A stretch of DNA of 64,000 bases from Candidatus Latescibacterota bacterium. GTDB taxonomy: Bacteria; Latescibacterota; UBA2968; GCA-2709665. Positions 39,001 to 48,039 of the stretch are shown here, piece after piece; position 1 is the stretch's first letter, and the number at the start of each line of letters is the position of its first letter. The stretch lies in assembly GCA_965205485.1 (NCBI GenBank), contig OZ242180.1, positions 4,896,001-4,960,000 on the forward strand, in the 5' to 3' direction. The notes under the pieces were generated by a model. The model had not been told where the DNA came from and did not search any database. It saw only the letters and a program-made list of their open reading frames with translations. Position numbers and translations under genes: made by a program.

Positions 39001-39577
39001 AGAAACCCCCTTCGGTTCGCGCGGTTACGGCGAACTTCTGGTGTTTCGCGACCGGATGTGGCAACTCGGCAGCGGCAGCGACGTGTGGCGCACCGATGAC
39101 GGCATCGCGTGGATCCGCGCCGCGACCGACGCCCCGTACGGAAAGCGGTCCGCAACCGCCGTGGCTGCGTACGACGGCCGGCTGTGGGTGATGGGCGGCC
39201 GCAGAGTCCAGCCCAACGATCCGCCGGAGAAAGGCTATCCCGACTACACCACCCTCAACGACGTCTGGTCTTCGGAGGACGGCGTCAACTGGACTCGGGT
39301 GCTCGAACACGCCCCGTGGTCGCCGCGGATGTGGTTCATTCCGAAAGTCTACGCGGGCAGGCTCTGGATCATCGGGGGGTACGACAACGTCAACTCCACG
39401 AACCTGGGGGATGTCTGGTTCACCGATAACGGCCGGGACTGGCACGAGTTCAAGCCCCGGACCCGCTTTTCGCCGCGTCACGAATCCACGTGCTACGTAT
39501 TCCGGAACAGCCTCTGGGTTGTCGCGGGCAATACCTGGCCGGTGGTAAACGACGTCTGGCGCCTGACGCTGCCCTGA
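36032..39577 (+). CDS. Secreted heparinase II/III-like polysaccharide lyase fused to a C-terminal Kelch-like beta-propeller
   Basis: Signal peptide; WREGAISYH, GHQHADLLSL, DIGY, SHNTVAVDG; repeated LWVMGG/DVWSSEDG blades. Confidence 0.8.
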   Translation: MLIFAFALVLFLVAIRPDPAAADPVIPPDLDETDVKRLRRNLQPVLTLSDSEILRLIPDRSGIYFVDCPNCDGGAQEGQIDWTIDDPDRVFCKYCGLKYPNEKFPDTDTLSVVNPVGETQEYPYWEDETGYRHFFQAKGWYRARAYFAGAAHDLAALHFATGDTSFARRAALILNRFAEVYPGYCVHHDLPFRQKIIFPGSQGFPYPVQDYRASKWDWWAYMDIPENLIYTYDLIRDSGELDSTMVRRIEDGFFHASVAFIRGFPPALGNMDPTLLRGMVAAGRVLEEPDYIHDAVDRIERLIAANFFVDGVWREGAISYHNQTIGGLRQVMERLNGYSDPEGYVHPVDGERYDNLDLNARFPILTKAAGIPELLRYPNGRVVPTHDTWAKGRQDPPETSGPLLLPGMGHARLDMGRGENQTQTYLHFSGGYGHQHADLLSLTLYARGQERLSDIGYTHTRHRCWTLSTLSHNTVAVDGNDQAYGSGNAPSDGNLLLFAPHSDTFQAIEASGDRAYPGVTSVYRRLLIQVGISPEQSYVVDLFRVAGGHRHEYILTGDADHEGAVDVDLPDAPHGNTLLPDGVTATLPTGESVKGDAGGHNLGYAFIREVRRADVTRPWTATFTSAAEPAGSVRVHSLTRPGGDLFTARAPSIRNADEDDVRLDEITMPMLVHRREGENLSTLFGTVLEPVGDRPAVTRVERLDADGASDTDIALRVVSGEVTDYILSATDESRSLSTGDLRFRGRIGFVRERNGEVEEMILIGGTLLEKGGRRLGGRGTRSGAVLGTTRKAAGDDADGIHVDTELPTGVDLVGLTAVVTDGDGFTYGHKIKGLQHLEDGGTLLELEDDPGYEITADGGRLLFFPGRSWKGPAQVEIPTVASLRINTSGVNATRTGDWINLVHNAPFSPRDTSEDVVFQDKLWISNAYYHAGILTRDLWNSSDGVSWHLVSEATPYDGYSEMTVYRDRIWAVKGSVWNSPDGLEWSRVLEETPFGSRGYGELLVFRDRMWQLGSGSDVWRTDDGIAWIRAATDAPYGKRSATAVAAYDGRLWVMGGRRVQPNDPPEKGYPDYTTLNDVWSSEDGVNWTRVLEHAPWSPRMWFIPKVYAGRLWIIGGYDNVNSTNLGDVWFTDNGRDWHEFKPRTRFSPRHESTCYVFRNSLWVVAGNTWPVVNDVWRLTLP

Positions 39578-39640
39578 GACACAACAAGGGGCCGTACTCG
39601 GACAGTTAAAGAGCTGAAAGGACACGCCACTACTCCCGTC

Positions 39641-40075
39641 ATGTCCCGCGTCAAACTCGAGCTCCCTGAAACCTTCGTCTACGCCACCGATATCCGCCTT
39701 CGGATCTCCGACATCAACTACGGCGGGCATATGGACAACAACGCCGTGCTCTCCCTCGTCCACGAGGCGCGGGTGCGATTCCTCGAAAGCCACGGCTACA
39801 GCGAACTGAACGTGGACGGGGTGGGCATCATCATGGTCGACGCGGTCATCCAGTACAAGTCCGAAGCCTTCTATGGTCAGACGCTGACTTTCGAAGTCGC
39901 GGTTGACGGAATGAGCCGCATCGGATGCGACATCTTCTACCGCATAACCGACGGGGCCACGGGCCGCGAAGTCGCCCGTGCCAAGACCGGGATCGCCTTT
40001 CTCGACTACGACACCCGGAAACCGAAGCGGATGCCCGAAGGGTTCCGGAGCCTGTTCGCGGCCGGGGAATCTTGA
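39641..40075 (+). CDS. Acyl-CoA thioesterase (hotdog fold)
   Basis: RISDINYGGHMDN, HEARVRFL. Confidence 0.9.
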   Translation: MSRVKLELPETFVYATDIRLRISDINYGGHMDNNAVLSLVHEARVRFLESHGYSELNVDGVGIIMVDAVIQYKSEAFYGQTLTFEVAVDGMSRIGCDIFYRITDGATGREVARAKTGIAFLDYDTRKPKRMPEGFRSLFAAGES

Positions 40076-40100
40076 CAACCTCAAAGCGGTTATATATATT
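40072..40100 (+). promoter_or_regulatory. Sigma-70 promoter of tRNA-Leu
   Basis: TTGACA-N17-TATATT. Confidence 0.7.
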
Positions 40101-40145
40101 TAGATTTCGGTCTGAGGGTTCCGGCCCCGGACCCCGGGCGCATGT

Positions 40146-40233
40146 GCCGAAGTGGTGGAACTGGTAGACGCGCTGCGTTCAGGGCGCAGTGAGCCTTGTG
40201 CTCGTGGGGGTTCGAATCCCCCCTTCGGCACCA
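40146..40233 (+). tRNA. tRNA-Leu (anticodon CAG)
   Basis: GCCGAAG/CTTCGGC acceptor stem, CTGCG-TTCAGGG-CGCAG anticodon arm, long variable arm, GTTCGAAT T-loop, encoded CCA. Confidence 0.97.
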
Positions 40234-40240
40234 GAAAAAC

Positions 40241-40274
40241 AACGGGTTACGCCAATCTGGCGTAACCCGTTTCT
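40241..40274. terminator. Bidirectional terminator between tRNA-Leu and pheT
   Basis: 14-bp perfect stem AACGGGTTACGCCA/TGGCGTAACCCGTT. Confidence 0.8.
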
Positions 40275-40307
40275 GTGTTTCGATCCCCGCCTCTCGCCCG
40301 GCATCAA

Positions 40308-41993
40308 TCAGCGTTGATCTCCCGCGATATCGATGTTGACTTCGAACGCGCTCACGGGTACCGATACGCTCCAGTGCTCCAGGACTTCGGGATGGACTTC
40401 GCCGATGATGCCGTAGCTTTCGCCACCCACCCGGATTTCCCCGGCCCGTCCCGGAAGGAAAGTGGGATGCTCCGAAGGCGTGAGGTCATAATCAAATCCG
40501 AGGTAGTAGGCAATGGCTTCGAGCCGGCTTTGAATTCCCGAGAGATTGGCCTCGGCGTGCGCCTCCAGCGCCGCGAGGCGGATTTCGGTGCGGGTGCCGT
40601 ACAGGTCGTCCGGAGCGACGACAGAGACCTCGCCCACCTCGAAGACATGGTGGGGATAAAGAGCCTTTCGGCTCGCCCCTTCCACGCGGAGCAGCCCGGG
40701 CAGCAGGGCGTTCCGGACCGCGCTGTAGTTGTCCGACATGGGGTTGGAAATCTCGACGATCGCGGCTTCGGTGTCACGCATTCGTTCCGTCAGGTCAACA
40801 CACGACGAGAGAATGGGCAGGAAGAGCTCCTGAAACCCGCATCCGACCATCAGGCCGCGGATGCGGTCCGCGAGGTCTTCCTCGGGCGCGGACTTGCCCA
40901 CCGTGAAATCGCGCGGCAATTCGGGTTCGAAGCTGTCGAAGCCCACGGCCACGATCACGTCCTCGATGAGGTCCACGGGATGCAGGATATCGTCCCGGTA
41001 CGGCGCCGGCCGCGCCCGTACGCGGGTGGGGTCGAGCCCGACGTCCCGGTATCCCATGGCGGCCAGGGCGGCTTCGATGCTTGCGTTGTCGATTCCGCCG
41101 CCGACGACGCGCCGCAGGTCGTCCAGGTCGACTTCCACCGGTACCGTCATATCCAGGGGGCACAGGATCTCCCGCCCGCGCGGCGTATCGTACGGATAGA
41201 CGACGTTGACAGGCAGGATGCGCCCGCCGCGGTCCCCCATGTTGGCGGCCATAATGGAAACCGAAAGGAGTACGGCGTCGAGCTCGGTGCCGGTGGCCTC
41301 GCAAAAGAGAAACGTGTCGCCGACCGCCACGGCGCCAGGGTTCCGGCTGTTGATCACGGGAGGCATGGAGAGGACGTCGCCCCTGCTGTCGGTGATGAGG
41401 GGAAATCTGCCGAAGCCTTCGAGCAGATGCGCGTAGGTCTGCCCGGTGGGGTGTTCGCTCAGGATTTCCCGAAGCGTCAGTTCCGTTTCCATGCCCAGCG
41501 GGACAAAGCGGGCCGTATCCGGGTCGGCGGCGGCGAAGTTGACGGGAAACACGACGTTGGAAGCGTCGTAAATGCCAATGGCCACGGCGCTTCGACCGCG
41601 CCCGTATCCTTCCGCCAGTTTTTCCTGGGCTTCGATGAGCTGCTCGAGGGCCGCCTCGTCCACCTCGATCCCTCTGCACGCAAAGGCGGCGATCCAGGGC
41701 CGGATGCCAATCAGGGAGGGATCGACGCGCAGTTCCAGGTCCGTCGCGGATTCCTCGAAAAAGGGATAGGACTCGTGCCTGCCGTTCCGATGCCCCCTGA
41801 GCAGCCTGGCGACCCCCTCGGACGACCAGAGATCCGGACGGTTGGTATCCTTCAGTTGAATCCTCAACCGGGAGTCGTCCTCGACCTTGACCTCGGCTTT
41901 GACAGCCTCCAGTGCGCGTTCGAGTTCGGGAAGGTCGTACTTCCGGCCCGCGAGTCGCTCGAGGTCCTGTCTGATGACGCTAATCGTGGGCAT
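40308..41993 (-). CDS. pheT: Phenylalanine--tRNA ligase beta subunit, archaeal/spirochaete type
   Basis: 561 aa; DTNRPDLWS, LSMPPVINS, YRDDILHPVDLIEDV; lacks the bacterial OB and FDX-ACB domains. Confidence 0.93.
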   Translation of the reverse strand: MPTISVIRQDLERLAGRKYDLPELERALEAVKAEVKVEDDSRLRIQLKDTNRPDLWSSEGVARLLRGHRNGRHESYPFFEESATDLELRVDPSLIGIRPWIAAFACRGIEVDEAALEQLIEAQEKLAEGYGRGRSAVAIGIYDASNVVFPVNFAAADPDTARFVPLGMETELTLREILSEHPTGQTYAHLLEGFGRFPLITDSRGDVLSMPPVINSRNPGAVAVGDTFLFCEATGTELDAVLLSVSIMAANMGDRGGRILPVNVVYPYDTPRGREILCPLDMTVPVEVDLDDLRRVVGGGIDNASIEAALAAMGYRDVGLDPTRVRARPAPYRDDILHPVDLIEDVIVAVGFDSFEPELPRDFTVGKSAPEEDLADRIRGLMVGCGFQELFLPILSSCVDLTERMRDTEAAIVEISNPMSDNYSAVRNALLPGLLRVEGASRKALYPHHVFEVGEVSVVAPDDLYGTRTEIRLAALEAHAEANLSGIQSRLEAIAYYLGFDYDLTPSEHPTFLPGRAGEIRVGGESYGIIGEVHPEVLEHWSVSVPVSAFEVNIDIAGDQR

Positions 41994-42010
41994 TCACGCT
42001 CCTTTATCCG

Positions 42011-43597
42011 TTACCCCGCCGCCCGCATGTTCTCTCGCTCGTTCCGGATCAGATCCAGGTCGGTGCTGAAAAGGTCGCGGATGTCGTCGATCCCCAATGC
42101 CACCATCGCCATGCGGTCGATGCCCAGTCCCCACGCGATGACGGGAACGTCGACGCCCAGGGGGCGCGTGAGCTCGGGCCGGAAGAGGCCGGCGCCGCCG
42201 AATTCGATCCAGCCCAGCGAGGGGTGCCTCGCCTGTAGTTCGACCGACGGCTCCGTGAACGGGAAATAGTCCGGAACAAAGCGGCACTCCTCCGATTGCG
42301 CGATTTCCAGGGCGAAGAGCTTGAGCAGGCCGAGCAGACTCCGGAAGTTGATGCGCTCGCCCAGAACGATGCCCTCCACCTGGATGAAGTCGGCGGCGTG
42401 GGTCGCGTCGACGTCGTCGTACCGGAAACAGCGCGCAACGGCGAAGTACTTCCCCGGGATGTCCGGCCCCGAAGCAAGCGTGCGTGCCGACAGGGCGGTT
42501 CCCTGGCTGCGCAGGATGAGACGTCGCGCGCGCGCGGGGCTGAATTCGTACCGCCAGCCGCGGGAGCCCGTGTCGCCGCCGTTGGCGTGGGCTTCGGCCA
42601 CTTTCGAGAAGTAGGGTTCTTCGGCCGCTTTCGAACGAACGGGATCTTTTACGTAGTAGGCGTCATGGATATTGCGCGCCGCGTGGAACTGCGGCATGAA
42701 CAGGGCATCCATATTCCAGAATTCGGTTTCCACCAGCGGCCCCTTCATTTCTTCGAATCCCAGCGAGAGCAGCTTGCGCCTCACGCCGTCAAGGTAGGCG
42801 CGGTAGGGGTGAAGACGGCCGATGACGATACGCGGGGGCTTGATGCTGATGTCGTAACGGCGGAACGATACATTCTTCCAGGCCCCGGACCGGATCACTC
42901 CCGGTGTCAGGCGCGAGACCTCTTCGCCGGTCAGATTGTTCTCCAGAATGCTCGCCAACGTCCGGACGCCCGGCGACGTGAGTCTGTACGTGCGCTCCAG
43001 GCGTTCGTCCATGCGGACGGCCGACCTTCCCTTACCGCGCTTGCTGGTTCGCGCCCGGATATATGACTGGATCTCTTCCGTGAAGTCGCCGAGATTCAAC
43101 CCGGCTCCGTCGCCGGCCCGTTGAAGCCGCCCGAAGAGCCCGGGTATCAGCCTCTCCACGTAGAACGCGGCCCTTTCGGGATTGGCGATGCGGATCGTCG
43201 CGCCCTCCTGACGGATCGTACCCTCCGCCTTCAGCCCGCCGAACGCGCTTCCCCACTCGCCCCTGTCAAAGCGGGTGTCTTCCTGCAGTTCCCTGAGCGT
43301 TGGCGCGGGCGCTTCCCCGGCCCGGACCAGCAGCGCGGTTTCGGGCGTCGCGCCGGCGCGGGCGTGTTCGACGCCCGATCCGGTCAGGCTGACGGTGGAG
43401 ACCGTGGCTTCCGAGACGATTTCGATGAGTCCCTTGGAACGCAGCCATTCCAGCGCGCGCCGGCTCTGGCCGGGACCGATGCCCGCGGCTTCCGGCAGTG
43501 CGGCGTCGGTGATTTCGTGGTCCTCACGCGGCTCGAAGGCGCGCAGCGTCCTGATTTCGAGCGCGTGAAGGGACGAAAGGTCGATCGGCTGATTCAC
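42011..43597 (-). CDS. pheS: Phenylalanine--tRNA ligase alpha subunit, archaeal/spirochaete type
   Basis: ~528 aa with long N-terminus; FWNMDALFMPQFHAAR, DATHAADFIQVEG, YFPFTEPS, IAWGLGIDR; GTG start with AGGGAG RBS. Confidence 0.94.
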   Translation of the reverse strand: MNQPIDLSSLHALEIRTLRAFEPREDHEITDAALPEAAGIGPGQSRRALEWLRSKGLIEIVSEATVSTVSLTGSGVEHARAGATPETALLVRAGEAPAPTLRELQEDTRFDRGEWGSAFGGLKAEGTIRQEGATIRIANPERAAFYVERLIPGLFGRLQRAGDGAGLNLGDFTEEIQSYIRARTSKRGKGRSAVRMDERLERTYRLTSPGVRTLASILENNLTGEEVSRLTPGVIRSGAWKNVSFRRYDISIKPPRIVIGRLHPYRAYLDGVRRKLLSLGFEEMKGPLVETEFWNMDALFMPQFHAARNIHDAYYVKDPVRSKAAEEPYFSKVAEAHANGGDTGSRGWRYEFSPARARRLILRSQGTALSARTLASGPDIPGKYFAVARCFRYDDVDATHAADFIQVEGIVLGERINFRSLLGLLKLFALEIAQSEECRFVPDYFPFTEPSVELQARHPSLGWIEFGGAGLFRPELTRPLGVDVPVIAWGLGIDRMAMVALGIDDIRDLFSTDLDLIRNERENMRAAG

Positions 43598-43671
43598 GAG
43601 TTTGCTCCCTGGAATCAAGGCTTGAAATTGCCGAGACATCCGGCGGCAATGCGTTCGGACCGCAAATGATA

Positions 43672-43990
43672 CGAAAAAATCCTTTCATCCCCATAGGGAC
43701 GAAAGGACGTGACGTCTTCCGCGGTACCACCCTATTTGCGCCTTGCAGGCGCCGCTCTTCAGGCGGCCACAACCGCCCCTCTCCATTGTCGGCGGGAGTC
43801 ACCGGCTTCGCCTAGTAACGATTGCCGCGAACGTCTTTCAGGCCAGGGGCCGAATCCGGCAATCGCATTCAGCGTTGCAGCTCGAGAGGGAACTTCGGCC
43901 GTTCATGCCGCGAGGGCGCTTTCAGTCCGGGGCGCCCCCTCCCTTTCCGGTTGGAGACGGCCTACTTTCCTCCGTCATCGCTTTGGGTGA
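43672..43990 (-). promoter_or_regulatory. T-box riboswitch with Phe (UUC) specifier
   Basis: Minus strand: GCGATGA K-turn, AGTA, AGGGAG/GACTGAAAG distal motifs, GAAG-TTC specifier (43890-43892), AAATAGGGTGGTACCGCG T-box (43720-43737), terminator + T-run. Confidence 0.93.
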
Positions 43991-43991
43991 G

Positions 43992-44020
43992 AAAATAGGA
44001 TGTTGTACGATTTAAGTCAA
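43992..44020 (-). promoter_or_regulatory. Promoter of the T-box-pheST transcript
   Basis: Minus strand TTGACT-N17-TATTTT immediately upstream of the T-box. Confidence 0.55.
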
Positions 44021-44083
44021 GGAGAAAGAGGGAATTCGGCGTTCATCGTCCATCCGATTTAAGTCAAGGCAGAAAGGAAGCGT

Positions 44084-44204
44084 GGGTAGACGTAGAGGGA
44101 AGAGATCGCCTGCTGTGTGAGGTTTCATCTCATGCCGGAGGCAAACAGGAGGAACTTATCGGGCAAGGACGTCATCTCCCGGCTCCCGGCTTCCGTCTCC
44201 CCGG
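44084..44204 (+). repeat. Element A, copy 2
   Basis: Core AGAGATCGCCTGCTGTGTGAGGTTTCATCTCATGCCGGAGGCAAA. Confidence 0.75.
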
Positions 44205-44210
44205 TTTTAC

Positions 44211-44776
44211 GGAACGCGCCGTAGGCATGATTTCGTATAGACAGTAGACAGGCAAACTACAGGTATGGCATTTGCATACTGGAATTTTCTCATAAATCCT
44301 TTGTTTTCTTTCTTTTACGTCCTTTTTCCACTCACGCGATTCGGCAGGGGGCCGGTTTTTCCGTGAATCACTCCGGAGGCGCCAATAGCAATAGGGCGGC
44401 CTGCTAACCCTTCAGTTGCGCCCGTGCGAATGCGATGGACGGATCCACACGGAGAACCTGCCTCCGCCCGCGAAGCGGGTGACCTGTTGTTCCAATGATT
44501 TATCGGAACAACAGGGGACGCGTGGTTCTCGCGTCCGAGGCTGCTGGTGAGCGGCGGCCCTTTGCCGCGAACAAACCCCCCGTACCCCCGGTTGCCAGTT
44601 GTGAAATACATTGACAGAGCGAAAACCGCCTTTTCTCCCTCTCTCCTGGTAGGAGAGAGGGTCGGGGAGAGAGGTCTGCGGGGATGGATGGAGGGGGTTC
44701 TCTTGATCTTGCCTTTGGTTTTCGCACTTTGCTTCTCGTTCTTTGCTGACACCTTACGGCTGGTCGCTGATAGCTC
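44211..44776 (+). repeat. Composite structured repeat B, copy 1
   Basis: Shares ordered blocks with 48164-48627, including identical TTCGGCAGGGGGCCGGTTTTTCCGTGAATC (44340-44369). Confidence 0.8.
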
Positions 44777-44886
44777 CGTCGGAGTGGTCCCCACCCGATT
44801 TGAATTGAATATTTGCTTTCCGATACGCCGGATGTGTATCTTTTACCAGTACCGCTTCTGATGAACCTGTTTTTCTATTCTGACTC

Positions 44887-47800
44887 ATGCAGGAGCTTCA
44901 CGTGAAGGATCGACAAGCGCTTCTCCCACGGTTTTCAATAACCAGGCCGGTGACGGTGGCCATGTGCCTGGTGGCGCTGCTGGTCATCGGTTGCGTATCC
45001 TACTCGAAGATACGCCTGCAGGCCTTTCCTTCAGGGTGGGAGTGGAAGCGGCTGTGGGTGTGGGTGGACAGCCGGGACACGTCGCCCAAGGAGAACGACC
45101 AGGAAATCTGCCGGCTGTTCGAGTCGTATCTGGGCACGGTGAAAAACCTCCGCGAAATGCGCACCTGGGCCGGTAAGGACTGGGCGAACGCCAGTCTGAG
45201 GTTTCGCCCGGAGACGGACATGTCTCTGGCCTACAACCAGGTCATGGACCGGCTGGACCGGCTGAAACTGGAACTGCCCCCGGAGAAGCGCGAGAGGACG
45301 GGCGTCTGGAAGTATAACGAGGAGACCGACCAGGAGATTATATGGATGGGGGTGGCCCCGCCCGAGGGGCTGGACGATATCCAGTCGTTCATTGAAGACA
45401 GGGTTCAGCGGCGTCTGGAGCGAATCGACGGGGTGGCGAAAATCTCTTTCTGGGGGAGATTCAGGAAAGAGATCACGGTCGTCGTGCTGCAGGAGCGCAT
45501 GCGTTCGCTTGGCGTCCGGCCCGCCGACGTGGTGCAGGCGCTGCAGGGAGAGAACTTCGCGCTGGCCGGCGGTCACGTACACGAGGGCGGCAAGAAGTAC
45601 TTCATCCGCTCCCTGGCGCGGTATCGGGACATGGACGAGATCCGCCGGATTCCTATCCAGCGGTCGAACGGGGTGGGACCCGTCAGTGTGTCCGACGTCG
45701 GAGGCGTACTGTTCGGAATGCCGCCGCGCCTGGGGTCCTGGCGAATCAACGGCAAGGAAGCGGTGGGGCTGGACGTGTACAAGGAGTCGAGCGCCAACGT
45801 CGTGGACGTATCGGTCCGGGTGAAGGAGGAACTGAAACGGATCGCCGAGGAAACCGGTGCACAGTTCAACGTCATGTGGGACCAGGGCAGGGCGGTGCGC
45901 GATTCGATAGACAATATTCGAACGACCGCGATCTGGGGCGCCCTGTTCGCCTCCCTGATCCTGCTTTATTTCCTCCGCGCGGTCCGGATGACGGCCCTCA
46001 TCACCCTGTCGATACCACTGTGTATCATGATGACGATTTCCGTGCTCTATTTTCTGGACTGGTCGCTGAATCTGCTGACCATGATGGGCCTGATGGTGGG
46101 GATGGGCATGGTGGTGGACAATGCAATCGTGATCGTGGAGAACATCTATCGAATGCGCGCAAAGGGATTGAATGCGCACGAGGCGTCCGTTACCGGGGCC
46201 AGCGAGGTGGGCATGGCCATCTCCATGGCCACGCTGACCACGGTGGTGGTCTTCATGCCGTTGATGTTTATGACGGGCGACATCGGACTGACCTTTGAAC
46301 TCACCAGGGTCGGCATTCCGGTGGTCGTGTCGCTGCTGGGCTCTTTGTTCGTGGCGCTGATCTTCATCCCCCTTGCGGCGAAGGTACTCGGCAGGCACGC
46401 GACAAGGAAGGACCCGGGGTCGGTCCGGTGGATGCGGCGCAGATACCAGGGCGGCCTGCGGTGGATTCTGACGCACCGGAGGGACGCTTCGCTGATCATC
46501 ATCATCCTGTTTGTTTCCGTTTTCTATCCCGCGTCGAACGTCAAGAAAACCACCGGGCGCGCACGGGTGAACAACGAATTTTTCATTCGATTCAATGCCC
46601 CGCCCTTTTTCAAGCGTGCGGAGATGGAACGCATCGCGACCCAGATCGAGGAATTCCTGGACAGCAAACGGGAAACCTACCGGATTGAAACGGTGCGGCT
46701 GGGTTACTGGCGACAAAGCAGCGTTATCCGGGGTTTTATCCGGGTGTATCTGAAAGAAGAGCCGAACCGGAACTGGTGGTACCAGTTCTACAAGAGTGTC
46801 AGAAAGAAGGCCGGTTTTCCCGTCAAGGGATGGATGACGCGAGCCGAGGTGATCGAGGACGTCAAGAAACACATTCCGCAATTCGTCGGCGTGCGGGTAA
46901 TGGTCCAGACGCGGTGGCGCAGCGAACCGGGGGTCTCGGTCTATCTCTACGGAGAGGACATCGATCTGCTGGGGCGGCTGTCGGAGGCCGTACGGCAACG
47001 AATGGAGGCGATTCCGGACGTCGTCAGCGTGGACAGCGACCTGGAGTTTGCCGACAAAGAGGTGCAGGTGCTCATCAACAAGGAACAGGCTCATTCGTAT
47101 GGGATTTCCGCCCGGGCCGTCGGGCGCAGCATCTCCTATCAGCTTCGCGGCGTCAACCTGGCGCCGTACCACAGTGAAGACCGGATGATTTCGGTCCGGC
47201 TCTTCATGGACGAAGACGACCGCCAGACGCTGGCCCAACTCAAGAGTTTTCCGTTTCACTCGAATACCGGCGCCCAGATTCCCCTCTCGGCATTCGCGAC
47301 CTTCAATATAACGGAAGGCAGCGGCAACATCAGACGCGAGGACGGAAAAATGCGGATGCGCGTGCGGGCGTACACAACCCAGGAGGACCTGAAGGGGTTG
47401 TGGGAACAAATCGACCGCGCGATGGAAGGCTTCGCCATGCCTCGCGGATACTCCTGGAACAAGGGAGAGACCTATTCCAGGTTCCAGGAGACCGACGACA
47501 CGATGTCGTTTGCGATCGCGATGGCGATCACCTGCGTATTCCTGTTGATGGGCGTGCTGTTCGAGTCGTTCGTTCTGCCGTTTGCGGTACTGTTGTCAAT
47601 CCCCTTCGCGTTTCTGGGCGTGTACTGGGGCCTCTTCCTCACGAATACCGTAATGGGTAAAATGGCCCAAATGGGCATCATCCTGCTGATCGGCGTGGTG
47701 GTGAACAATGCAATCGTACTGGTGGACATGATCAATCGGCTGAGGGTGGGCGGCATGAGCCGAACGGAGGCGATCGAGGAGGCCGGATTCAACCGGTTCC

Positions 47801-48039
47801 GGCCCATCCTGATGACCACGTTCACCACCATCTTCGGCTTGTTCCCGATGGCCGCGGGCTCGGCGACGATGCTCGGAACGCCCTATGCCCCGCTCGGCAT
47901 CACAATGATCGGCGGCCTGTTATCGTCAACGATATTGACGCTCTTCGTCGTGCCGCTGTTCTATACGTATCTGGACGACTTGAGGGTCTTCCTGAGGGGC
48001 TTTTCGCGTAAAATCCTACAGCCGCTGAAAACCGGGTAG
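44887..48039 (+). CDS. RND efflux transporter permease (AcrB/AcrD/AcrF family)
   Basis: 1050 aa; SITRPVTV, GMVVDNAIVIVENI, GVVVNNAIVLVD, RFRPILMTT. Confidence 0.95.
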   Translation: MQELHVKDRQALLPRFSITRPVTVAMCLVALLVIGCVSYSKIRLQAFPSGWEWKRLWVWVDSRDTSPKENDQEICRLFESYLGTVKNLREMRTWAGKDWANASLRFRPETDMSLAYNQVMDRLDRLKLELPPEKRERTGVWKYNEETDQEIIWMGVAPPEGLDDIQSFIEDRVQRRLERIDGVAKISFWGRFRKEITVVVLQERMRSLGVRPADVVQALQGENFALAGGHVHEGGKKYFIRSLARYRDMDEIRRIPIQRSNGVGPVSVSDVGGVLFGMPPRLGSWRINGKEAVGLDVYKESSANVVDVSVRVKEELKRIAEETGAQFNVMWDQGRAVRDSIDNIRTTAIWGALFASLILLYFLRAVRMTALITLSIPLCIMMTISVLYFLDWSLNLLTMMGLMVGMGMVVDNAIVIVENIYRMRAKGLNAHEASVTGASEVGMAISMATLTTVVVFMPLMFMTGDIGLTFELTRVGIPVVVSLLGSLFVALIFIPLAAKVLGRHATRKDPGSVRWMRRRYQGGLRWILTHRRDASLIIIILFVSVFYPASNVKKTTGRARVNNEFFIRFNAPPFFKRAEMERIATQIEEFLDSKRETYRIETVRLGYWRQSSVIRGFIRVYLKEEPNRNWWYQFYKSVRKKAGFPVKGWMTRAEVIEDVKKHIPQFVGVRVMVQTRWRSEPGVSVYLYGEDIDLLGRLSEAVRQRMEAIPDVVSVDSDLEFADKEVQVLINKEQAHSYGISARAVGRSISYQLRGVNLAPYHSEDRMISVRLFMDEDDRQTLAQLKSFPFHSNTGAQIPLSAFATFNITEGSGNIRREDGKMRMRVRAYTTQEDLKGLWEQIDRAMEGFAMPRGYSWNKGETYSRFQETDDTMSFAIAMAITCVFLLMGVLFESFVLPFAVLLSIPFAFLGVYWGLFLTNTVMGKMAQMGIILLIGVVVNNAIVLVDMINRLRVGGMSRTEAIEEAGFNRFRPILMTTFTTIFGLFPMAAGSATMLGTPYAPLGITMIGGLLSSTILTLFVVPLFYTYLDDLRVFLRGFSRKILQPLKTG

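Noticed and set aside
40146..44100. tRNA-Leu-integrated element carrying pheST
   Set aside because: No integrase, and I did not spot a duplicated tRNA 3' end (att site)
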